NCBI GenBank assembly: GCA_017440045.1
Contig: JAFSIA010000011.1
Location: 96 to 64,095 of the forward strand
DNA: 64,000 nucleotides
Direction of reading: 5' to 3'
From: Lachnospiraceae bacterium
GTDB lineage: Bacteria > Bacillota > Clostridia > Lachnospirales > Lachnospiraceae
Shown: one piece after another, positions 1 to 11,151 of the stretch
Position numbering within the stretch: position 1 is the first letter of the stretch
Layout of the letters: each line of letters begins with the position of its first letter
Position numbers and translations under genes: made by a program
Notes under the pieces: generated by a model
Seen by the model: the letters and a program-made list of their open reading frames with translations, nothing else
What the model was told of the DNA's origin: nothing
Database searches by the model: none

Positions 1-611
<611 letters not shown>

Positions 612-632
612 TTAATTTTCTACAAATACCTG

Positions 633-1490
633 CTAAATAGCATTGGCACCTGCGATAATTTCTGTTAACTCCTGTGTAATAGAAGACTGTCTAGCTCTAT
701 TATACTTTAGTGACAAGTCTGCAATCATCTCTTCAGCATTGCTTGTTGCCGAATCCATAGCTGCCATTCTTGCACCATTCTCACTAGCTACTGCCTCTAC
801 CAAGCCACCAAATATAAGACTGCTGACATACTTAGGAATAACCATCTCTAAAACCTCTTCCTCGGAAGGTTCAAAGTTCATAGGAATACGCTTTTCCTCT
901 TCTGTAAGCTCATACTCTTCTACCGATACCGGCAAAAGCTTCTTAAGTGTTGGTATATGGCTGACAGTATTTTTAAAGAATGTATATGCTAGATAAATCT
1001 CACCAATCTCACCATTTGCATAAGACTCTAATAGTTCTCTTGAAATGTCCATAGCGTCTGCATAGATTGGCTCTTCTACACAATCCGAATAATCCTTTTC
1101 AATACGATAGCCCTTTCTTGAAAGACCTTCTACACCCTTTCTTCCTACTGCGTATATAACAGTATTTTCCGGTGTAAAATCAGGATTATTTGCTATCAGC
1201 TTTACTATATTTGAATTGTATCCGCCTGCAAGACCTCGGTTTGATGTGATAACAACCACTGCCTTCTTTTTGTCAGAATCACCCTGCAAAAATCTGTGGT
1301 TGATATTTCCTGAACGAGCCAATATAGAAGCTACTGTAGAATACATTCCATCAAAATATGGCTTTGTACTCTCTGCTCTACCTCTTGCTTTCTGAAGCTT
1401 AACTGTAGATACCAGCTTCATGGCCTTGGTAATCTGGCCTGTGCTCTGAACACTTGCCTGGCGCCTTTTTATGTCTCTCATTGAAGCCAT
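633..1490 (-). CDS. atpG: F1 ATP synthase gamma subunit
   Basis: 285-aa ORF between the alpha and beta subunit genes. The N-terminus (MRDIKRRQASVQSTGQITKAMKLV) and C-terminus (ITQELTEIIAGANAI) are gamma-like. Confidence 0.93.
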   Translation of the reverse strand: MASMRDIKRRQASVQSTGQITKAMKLVSTVKLQKARGRAESTKPYFDGMYSTVASILARSGNINHRFLQGDSDKKKAVVVITSNRGLAGGYNSNIVKLIANNPDFTPENTVIYAVGRKGVEGLSRKGYRIEKDYSDCVEEPIYADAMDISRELLESYANGEIGEIYLAYTFFKNTVSHIPTLKKLLPVSVEEYELTEEEKRIPMNFEPSEEEVLEMVIPKYVSSLIFGGLVEAVASENGARMAAMDSATSNAEEMIADLSLKYNRARQSSITQELTEIIAGANAI

Positions 1491-1493
1491 ATA

Positions 1494-3002
<1,509 letters not shown>

Positions 3003-3010
3003 TCACCTTC

Positions 3011-3565
3011 TTACATTGATGTTAGGCGAACCTCATACAGCTCTTTTGCCATAGATTCAATCTTAGACTTAATACTGCTGTCCACCACTCTGTCGCCAAT
3101 ACGAATAATCATTCCACCGATAATATCTTTATCTACGCTGTAATTCATCTCAAAGCTGTCATAATTCGTTGTGGCTGTCAGTTTATCTACAACTGACTTC
3201 TTTTCTGTGTCTGAAAGTGTCACTGCTGTTGTAACATAAGCAACACCTATTTTTTTATATTCTTTTACTCTGTCTATAAAATACGAGAGTATATCTGTGA
3301 GCTCTGCCTGTCTGTCCTTCTTCACAATTAAAACAAGAAAACCTGTGATATCATCACTTACACGTCCCTTAAAAACGTTTTCTATCACCGTAAGCTTCTC
3401 ATCCTTTGAAATCTTTGGATGTGTGAGAAGTTTTACCAACTCCTGATTTTCTTCTATAATTTGAAGAATACCCTGACACTCTGAGAAATAAGCATCTGTC
3501 TGTCCATTTTCCACAGCCAACTCAAACAGTGCATCGCCATAAGTCTTGTCTACTAGCTTAGCCAT
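3011..3565 (-). CDS. atpH: F1 ATP synthase delta (OSCP) subunit
   Basis: 184-aa ORF between the b and alpha subunit genes. It overlaps atpF by 13 nt. Confidence 0.85.
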   Translation of the reverse strand: MAKLVDKTYGDALFELAVENGQTDAYFSECQGILQIIEENQELVKLLTHPKISKDEKLTVIENVFKGRVSDDITGFLVLIVKKDRQAELTDILSYFIDRVKEYKKIGVAYVTTAVTLSDTEKKSVVDKLTATTNYDSFEMNYSVDKDIIGGMIIRIGDRVVDSSIKSKIESMAKELYEVRLTSM

Positions 3566-4119
3566 GTACTATCACCTATCTCTCCTAAAGTATCTTCTAT
3601 AAGCTTTGCCTGTGTGGCATCATCCATAGATACAGATACCATCTTGCCTGCCATAAGTGTTGCAACTCTGATAATCTCTTTTTTAACATCATCAGATGCC
3701 TTCTGCTTCTCCAGCTCAGCCTCTTTTCTAGCCTGCTCAATAATAGCTGACGCCTCTTCCTTTGCCTCACTTATAATTCTCTCTTCATTCTTTAAGGCCT
3801 TTTTTCTCGCTTCAGCAAGAATAGCTTCTCCTGCTTTTTCAGCGTCCTTAAGCTTTGCCTCATACTCTTCTTTTAAAGCATTTGCTTCCTCATTAGCTGC
3901 GGCTGTTTCCTCTCTCGTTGCAGTAATCATGTCCTGACGTTTCTTTAACATATTACGCACTGGATTGTAGAGAATATATGACAGTAAGATAAACAAAAGG
4001 AATATATTAATTGCAAGTACACCTGCATCAAATAACAATTGTGCATCTAATCCAAATATAAATCCTGTCTTTTCTTCTGCTGCCGCATCAAGGATAAAGC
4101 TTGTTAAATATGTCTCCAA
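3553..4119 (-). CDS. atpF: F0 ATP synthase b subunit
   Basis: 188 aa with one N-terminal TM helix followed by a long A/E/K-rich helix. Operon position fits. Confidence 0.85.
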   Translation of the reverse strand: METYLTSFILDAAAEEKTGFIFGLDAQLLFDAGVLAINIFLLFILLSYILYNPVRNMLKKRQDMITATREETAAANEEANALKEEYEAKLKDAEKAGEAILAEARKKALKNEERIISEAKEEASAIIEQARKEAELEKQKASDDVKKEIIRVATLMAGKMVSVSMDDATQAKLIEDTLGEIGDSTWLS

Positions 4120-4157
4120 GTCCTCGCCTCCTTTCAGGTTTCTTGTAATAAGAAATC

Positions 4158-5176
<1,019 letters not shown>

Positions 5177-5180
5177 ATTA

Positions 5181-5618
5181 TCACCGTCCTTTTTTTAATT
5201 TTTCTTTTACTTTATGAGTAATCGGCTGTGCGTACGCCGATAACTTCAAACTTAATAAACCAAAAAGCATTGAAAAAACGTTGCCTACCTCTACAAAAAG
5301 CATCACCACAAAAAGCACAAGCAATAATCCAATTCTAATAAGATAAGAAATCCTCGTATGCTTTAATGCTCCATGTTGCCCCATCTCCAAGGCCGTCTCT
5401 ACTGTCTTTGCCATATGAATAATCACCACAATTGAATATATTATTCCTACAATAAATCCAATAAAGATATCTGCGATTGTTCCATTAAAAAACTCTTCCA
5501 ATGGTACCTCTAGCAAATACAGTACTGTTAATAGCAGAATTCCTAATATTCCGTACAGTACGATGCCTATGACTATTTCTACCATAGTTGGATTAATTTT
5601 TCTGTTTCTTATAAGCAT
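5181..5618 (-). CDS. atpI: ATP synthase protein I-like small membrane protein
   Basis: 145-aa hydrophobic ORF immediately upstream of atpB. Assignment rests on position and topology only. Confidence 0.6.
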   Translation of the reverse strand: MLIRNRKINPTMVEIVIGIVLYGILGILLLTVLYLLEVPLEEFFNGTIADIFIGFIVGIIYSIVVIIHMAKTVETALEMGQHGALKHTRISYLIRIGLLLVLFVVMLFVEVGNVFSMLFGLLSLKLSAYAQPITHKVKEKLKKGR

Positions 5619-5883
5619 CTAAACGTTCTTCCCTTTTTGCGCTATCTGCCGCTTTCCTTTCTCTTTCATTTTCATCAAGGACCTTTGTGACGAGAATATA
5701 AGCATTGCGCCCACCTGCCGCTATGCCTAAGAATAAAAGAACAACAAGTGTGGATGTACCAAAATGATTATCAATAAGTACTCCTGCCACCACACACATA
5801 AACACCGGAACCATCACGCTTACTCCCAGCTGAGTTATGAGGCTTAAGCTTCTAAAAACTTCTTTTCTATAACCCATGTACAC
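5593..5883 (-). CDS. AtpZ/AtpR-like putative F0F1 ATPase accessory membrane protein
   Basis: 96 aa with two TM helices, and the first gene of the atp cluster. It overlaps the next ORF by 26 nt. Confidence 0.55.
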   Translation of the reverse strand: MYMGYRKEVFRSLSLITQLGVSVMVPVFMCVVAGVLIDNHFGTSTLVVLLFLGIAAGGRNAYILVTKVLDENERERKAADSAKREERLDAYKKQKN

Positions 5884-6015
5884 TTATCCTCTCTATTCTC
5901 GTATAAAATCAAAATCATAAAATAACTTTGATTAACCCAAACACGCCTTTATATACTATAGGCAGATAATAGAATAATTATAACACTTTTTTTCAGAATT
6001 GTCTACGCAATTAAC

Positions 6016-6501
6016 CTATACATTAAGCTCAATTATACGGCCAGTTGGATTGTAATATGTGTACTTCACTCCTGCCGCATCAAGCATCTTTTTTGACGCA
6101 ACAACACTGTCTGTATCCTTGTATTTATCGCAGGCGTACACCAGCTCTTTTATACCACATTGTATAATTGCCTTCGCACACTCATTACAAGGAAAGAGTG
6201 TAACATACATCTTGCACCCTTCCAGACTTCCGCCTCTGTAATTTAAAATTGCGTTCAACTCACTGTGTGTCGAATAAAAATATTTGTTATTAAGAGGTTC
6301 ACCCTCTCTATTCCAAGGGAAATCATCATCTGAGCATCCTATAGGAAATCCGTTGTAGCCCATTGAGAGAATCTTGTTTGTAGGGCTGACAATACACGCT
6401 CCCACCTGAGTACCCGGATCCTTGGAACGCATTGCAGAAAGCGCTGCAACTCCCATAAAATATTCATCCCAGCTAATGTAATCTTCTCTCTTGACGCTCA
6501 T
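6016..6501 (-). CDS. dCMP (deoxycytidylate) deaminase, ComEB-like
   Basis: 161 aa with the zinc deaminase motifs HSELNAI and PCNECAKAI. Confidence 0.85.
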   Translation of the reverse strand: MSVKREDYISWDEYFMGVAALSAMRSKDPGTQVGACIVSPTNKILSMGYNGFPIGCSDDDFPWNREGEPLNNKYFYSTHSELNAILNYRGGSLEGCKMYVTLFPCNECAKAIIQCGIKELVYACDKYKDTDSVVASKKMLDAAGVKYTYYNPTGRIIELNV

Positions 6502-6510
6502 AATTTCCTC

Positions 6511-6939
6511 CTATCGCTCAATTCCCTTAATACGACGAGCATGTCTCTCCTCGTTTGAGAATGGTGTATCTAAGAAAGTATCTATAATCTTAAGTGCAAG
6601 TCCCGGTCCTACAACTCTTCCTCCTAATGCTAAAATATTTGCATCATTGTGAAGTCTTGTAGCCTCTGCCATAAAGCAATCCGTACATAACGCCGCACGA
6701 ATACCCTCGTATCTGTTAGCTGCAATAGAGATACCTATACCTGTACCACAAATAAGAATTCCTCTCTCACACTCACCTGCAAGAATAGCCTCTGCCACCT
6801 TCTTTGCATATTCAGGATAATCTACTGACTTCTCGTCATAGCTGCCGTAATCCTTAAACTCAAGCCCTCTCTTATTTAAGTGTGCTATAACCTCCTGCTT
6901 TAATTCGTAACCGCCCTGGTCGCTACCTAATGCTATCAT
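6511..6939 (-). CDS. rpiB: ribose-5-phosphate isomerase B
   Basis: 142 aa of the RpiB/LacAB family (GILICGTGIGISIAANR, NILALGGRV). Confidence 0.9.
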   Translation of the reverse strand: MIALGSDQGGYELKQEVIAHLNKRGLEFKDYGSYDEKSVDYPEYAKKVAEAILAGECERGILICGTGIGISIAANRYEGIRAALCTDCFMAEATRLHNDANILALGGRVVGPGLALKIIDTFLDTPFSNEERHARRIKGIER

Positions 6940-6953
6940 ATAACATTCCTCCT

Positions 6954-7430
6954 TTAGTTTTGTATCTGCAAAATCTTCTCCGCCACCTCTGTTGCCAGCT
7001 GCTGGAGCTGATTAAAGCTCTCTCCATAGTCTGCCAGACTCTTTCCAAATGGCATTTCAATATCGCCTGTAAGTCCGACAAACTCTTTTAATGTATATAC
7101 ATTTATTGCATTGTCATATGTGTCATAAATCTTTTTCTTATCAGCCTCTGTCATAACAAGCACCAATGTCTCCACATGAAAATCCTGCTTCTCTATGGCT
7201 ATAGCTGTATATTTTTCTAAATCAAGCCCCTTACTTCTGCCTATGGCTACTGCTTTGCCATTTACAGGCTCAGGAAACATTACAACCCTGCCTCTTGCAC
7301 TGACACGAATATGCTTAAGCCCCGGTATATCTTCCATCTTTTTTCTCAAAACTTCTGCAGCCACAGGTGCTCTGTATGTACAATCTCTGCTACAAAAAAT
7401 AACTCGTGCATACTTCATACTACTCACCAT
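6954..7430 (-). CDS. low-molecular-weight phosphatase (YwlE-like) homolog with degenerate active site
   Basis: 158 aa in the same position as B. subtilis ywlE (between sua5/ywlC and rpiB/ywlF). The P-loop reads FCSRDCTYRAP instead of V-C-x-G-N-x-C-R-S-P. The DPFG acid loop reads MPFG. The start could be 7430 or 7418. Confidence 0.65.
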   Translation of the reverse strand: MVSSMKYARVIFCSRDCTYRAPVAAEVLRKKMEDIPGLKHIRVSARGRVVMFPEPVNGKAVAIGRSKGLDLEKYTAIAIEKQDFHVETLVLVMTEADKKKIYDTYDNAINVYTLKEFVGLTGDIEMPFGKSLADYGESFNQLQQLATEVAEKILQIQN

Positions 7431-8493
7431 CTACATCTACAATTCTGTAGCCTGCAGCCTTTATCAATCTGTTCATTATTGCCTGACCTAAATCATCATT
7501 ATAAAATGTCTCACTATATATTACATCTACATTCATCTGGTCGAAATCTCTGAGAATTCCATACAAACCTCTCGCAATAGACTCCTCATCTTTTCTTGAG
7601 CCGATGGATACAATTTTTCCTACCTTGTACATATCTTTAGTTTCATCTGTAGCAATTATTCCCACAGATTTTCCTAATTCTTTAGCTTCACTTGCCAAAA
7701 CATTTATCTTATCAATCACCTTTGAAAGCTGCCCTTCAAACATAGTAAGCTCAGCCTTTGGTGCGTAATGTCTGTACTTCATCCCCGGTGCCTTCGGAGC
7801 ATAATCTGTGCCTAACTCATCTGTTGACTTAGCTACAACCACCTTATCTAACGCCACCTCACCTATTACTTCACTAACCATAGCTCTTGTAATGTAGCCT
7901 GGTCTTAAAATCATAGGCACCTCTTGAGTCACGTCAATAATGGTAGACTCTATACCAATGCCCACCTGACCACCATCAAGTATCATATCAATTCTGCCGT
8001 TCATGTCTTCAATAACATGACTTGCCTCTGTAGGACTTGGTCTTCCTGATGTATTTGCGCTAGGTGCCGCTATAGGAGTTTTTGCTTCACGTATAAGTTC
8101 CAATGCCACCTTATGTGATGGAAACCTTACTGCAACCGTATTAAGGCCACCTGTTGTACCATATGGAACCTGCTCTTTTTTCTTAAATATAAGAGTCATC
8201 GGTCCCGGCCAAAACTTATCCATTAAAAGCTTGGCTGTCTGTGGAATTTCAGTAACTATATCATCTAACATACTTATATCGGATATATGCAGAATAAGGG
8301 GATTGTCAGATGGTCTGCCTTTTGCCTCATAAATTTTTGCTGCCGCCGCACCATCCATACCATCTGCGCCAAGACCATATACAGTCTCTGTAGGAAAAGC
8401 CACAAGGCCGCCGCGTCTGATGACGTCGCCAGCCTCTTTTATAACTTCCTTATCTATGTTTTCCACATCTAATTTCTTAATGACTGTATCCAT
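7420..8493 (-). CDS. tsaC: L-threonylcarbamoyladenylate synthase (Sua5/YwlC type, with C-terminal Sua5 domain)
   Basis: 357 aa with YrdC-like blocks (FPTETVYGLGADG, KGRPSDNPLILHI) plus a roughly 130-aa C-terminal extension. Confidence 0.9.
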   Translation of the reverse strand: MDTVIKKLDVENIDKEVIKEAGDVIRRGGLVAFPTETVYGLGADGMDGAAAAKIYEAKGRPSDNPLILHISDISMLDDIVTEIPQTAKLLMDKFWPGPMTLIFKKKEQVPYGTTGGLNTVAVRFPSHKVALELIREAKTPIAAPSANTSGRPSPTEASHVIEDMNGRIDMILDGGQVGIGIESTIIDVTQEVPMILRPGYITRAMVSEVIGEVALDKVVVAKSTDELGTDYAPKAPGMKYRHYAPKAELTMFEGQLSKVIDKINVLASEAKELGKSVGIIATDETKDMYKVGKIVSIGSRKDEESIARGLYGILRDFDQMNVDVIYSETFYNDDLGQAIMNRLIKAAGYRIVDVDGE

Positions 8494-8507
8494 AGCGCAC
8501 CTTGTTT

Positions 8508-11057
8508 TTAATCTGCAAAATTCTTTTCTGTCAATATCTTATATCCGTCCTCATCCTTTTTGCTTCCAAAAAGTTTTTTAAGACTAAACTTATTTGCATC
8601 CTTTATAGCTGCATCAATGAGCTGTTCTACGTGGTTTTTGTGTACTACTAATGTAATGGCACGTAGCTGGTCAATCTTTGCACTTAATGCCAATGTTCCC
8701 ATCTCGTCTATGACATAGCCACACTCTTTTGCATATTCCTTCGCAATATCAGCCCAATCCTTTATCTTATTTACTTTTATGTCTATAAGATTAGGGAACT
8801 GATTATAACCCTCAGGAACCTTTGAAAGGAATCCTTCTGCCAAAGATTTCTCATCCTCAAAGATAACAACTCTTGGCTTTCCTTCCTCCTTAAGCTTGTC
8901 TATAAACTCTGTAAATACATCAATATTTACATCTGAAACTCTCTCGATAAGCACGTCGCTTCCTGCCAAAACTTCAAGAAGTGAATCCATAGATTTGTCA
9001 TTTAAGTTAATTCCCTTAATCTTGGCAATCTTCTGGTCACGTCTTTGCATTATTTTATTAGCAAGCTTGATGACATCTATGGCAAGAGTAGTCTTTCCAC
9101 TCTTTACCTCACCTTTGACAAATATAAACTTAACAGGCTCTGCTCCGCCTTTTAAAACAGACTGCATTACCTTTAATATCTGCTTATCTAAGCCCTGAAC
9201 TCCTGTAAACTTAGCGATGAATGCCTTGATTTCTCTCTTGGCGATTTCGGACTGCTTCTTTCTAGGATCCTCGGTGACTACCGGCTGCACAACAGGTTCC
9301 TCCTCTTCTTCATCTTCTTCGCTATCGTCATCTATATCTTCGCTGCCTTCGTCTTCCTCGTCATCATCTTCGTACGACTGGTCAACCTCTTCCGGTTCTT
9401 CCATAAGGACTTCTTCAGCAGCTTCCTCTAACTCTTCTATAGCTTCCGACTCTTCAGATTCTTCTATTTCATTCTTTAAATCAAACATAACAGGTCCACT
9501 CTCCTGCTGATCAGATTCAGCATCTTCGCTGTGTTCCTCATTTGTAGCTATGTCTTCTTCATCCATTTCCTCTAATGCTTCTTCTATGGCTTCCTCTATC
9601 TCTTCATCTAAATCTTCCTCGATATCCTCTGCCATATCCTCCACATCATCAGATATTTCATTTTCCTCAATTTCTTCGTCTATTTCTTCATCAATATCTT
9701 CTATGATTTCCTCTGCCACAGCTGATGCGAGAGCAGATACTTCATCTTCTTCATCTTCTATATCTTCAAGCTCTTGGAAATCCTCATCTTCTATGTCAGG
9801 AACCTCCTCCTGTTCAGAGATTTCTTCCGAAACATCCACTGATATTTCCTCTGAGAGCTCCTCAGATTCAGCTACTTCCTCTGATTCAACCGTCTCCTCT
9901 AATCCAGCTACTTCCTCTGATTCAACTGTTTCCTCAGATTCAACACCTTCCTCTGCCTCTACAGCTTCTACGTTTTCTTCTGGTTCAGCTACCTCCTCAG
10001 GCACAACAGTTACTTCTGTCATATCTTCTGCAGGCTCACTTTTCGCCTGAATCTCGCCGGATTCAAACATAGCCAATACTTCCTCAAGACTCATCTGACC
10101 CTCTATCTGGTCATCTTCAGGCTGCTCTGCCTCCGCAGACTTTGGCAATGTTGGCTTGAAAATTTCTACTGTATTATCAAAAATGCTGCTTACACTCTTT
10201 GCAAGCTCCTTTTGAATATTCATAGTATCATAACTATTATTCTCAGAAAAATCTTTTACATGTATAGAATTTACATCTATATCCATCTCATGAACCTTAT
10301 CAAGTATTTCATTATCCTCTGGCTCGCGATTTTCTGGTTTTGCCTCTTCCTTCTCTGGAACCTGTTCTTCCTTTATCTCTACCTTTTCTGGCGCATCTTC
10401 CGAAACAGATGTAGCTGCCGGCACCTGTACAATACCTGCCTTCTTACTCTTTTGAGCCTCATATTTGAGCTTCTGGTTTTCTGATAATGGTACATAAAGC
10501 TGCTTAAGCTCCAATGCCTTTTCTACATACTTGCCATCTGCAAACCAAAGAATGATAGTGTCGCAAAGCTCCACGCACTTCTCGCTAAAATGCGCCTTGT
10601 GATAAAGCTTTGCAAGCTCATATGCCCATCTGTCATCCATATCTTCCTCGATAAATGTTTCCAATATCTTTATCTGGTTTTCGATGGACTCTCCCTTACC
10701 TTTTGCCATCTCATACTGAAGAATATACTTTCCGGCATCTCTAGGAGAATTATCTGTAAACTCCTCATAAAATTCCTGAGCCTCAGCCATGTCACCACGC
10801 TTCACAGACAATCTACACAAACGATAAGCAAGCTGTCTTCCCAGTCCTGTTTTTTCATACGCCAAAAGAAGGGCCTCTCTTGCCGCATCATACTTTCCAG
10901 CGATTTCATAAACATCTGCTGCCATAATAAGGAGCTGGTTTTCCCTAACCTTTCTCCATTCGATTCCGTCTGCTATCTTTACTGCAGTTGCAAAATCCTT
11001 CTTCTTCATCAGCTTTTTTATCTGTTCGATTTTAATATTGAATTCGTATTTATCCAT
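8508..11057 (-). CDS. 849-aa protein: N-terminal TPR-like helical repeats, ~385-residue poly-acidic (E/D) tract, C-terminal P-loop NTPase (AAA-like)
   Basis: The N-terminus has a TPR-like helix-pair pattern. Roughly residues 215-600 are dominated by E/D. The C-terminus has Walker A GEVKSGKTT and Walker B-like VVIFEDE. Confidence 0.8.
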   Translation of the reverse strand: MDKYEFNIKIEQIKKLMKKKDFATAVKIADGIEWRKVRENQLLIMAADVYEIAGKYDAAREALLLAYEKTGLGRQLAYRLCRLSVKRGDMAEAQEFYEEFTDNSPRDAGKYILQYEMAKGKGESIENQIKILETFIEEDMDDRWAYELAKLYHKAHFSEKCVELCDTIILWFADGKYVEKALELKQLYVPLSENQKLKYEAQKSKKAGIVQVPAATSVSEDAPEKVEIKEEQVPEKEEAKPENREPEDNEILDKVHEMDIDVNSIHVKDFSENNSYDTMNIQKELAKSVSSIFDNTVEIFKPTLPKSAEAEQPEDDQIEGQMSLEEVLAMFESGEIQAKSEPAEDMTEVTVVPEEVAEPEENVEAVEAEEGVESEETVESEEVAGLEETVESEEVAESEELSEEISVDVSEEISEQEEVPDIEDEDFQELEDIEDEEDEVSALASAVAEEIIEDIDEEIDEEIEENEISDDVEDMAEDIEEDLDEEIEEAIEEALEEMDEEDIATNEEHSEDAESDQQESGPVMFDLKNEIEESEESEAIEELEEAAEEVLMEEPEEVDQSYEDDDEEDEGSEDIDDDSEEDEEEEEPVVQPVVTEDPRKKQSEIAKREIKAFIAKFTGVQGLDKQILKVMQSVLKGGAEPVKFIFVKGEVKSGKTTLAIDVIKLANKIMQRRDQKIAKIKGINLNDKSMDSLLEVLAGSDVLIERVSDVNIDVFTEFIDKLKEEGKPRVVIFEDEKSLAEGFLSKVPEGYNQFPNLIDIKVNKIKDWADIAKEYAKECGYVIDEMGTLALSAKIDQLRAITLVVHKNHVEQLIDAAIKDANKFSLKKLFGSKKDEDGYKILTEKNFAD
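9863..9950. repeat. 36-nt period in-frame tandem repeat inside the acidic tract
   Basis: agctacttcctctgattcaac occurs at 9870-9890 and again at 9906-9926, with related flanks. It encodes EETVESEEVA(G/E)(L/S) units. Confidence 0.8.
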
Positions 11058-11151
11058 TTCAAAACCCTCTCATTTGTTTGGAACATTCACTGCACATAAC
11101 CTTTTTAACTATATCACAATAACAGCCTTTTGTCACCTAGCTTGCCACATT

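Noticed and set aside
9217-10072. Plus-strand ORFs encoding Ser-rich or Leu/Pro-rich proteins (9217..9510, 9550..10050, 9725..10072).
   Set aside because: They are the antisense or alternate-frame shadow of the GAA/GAT-rich acidic tract of the 849-aa minus-strand gene. They have no start signals and are pure low complexity.
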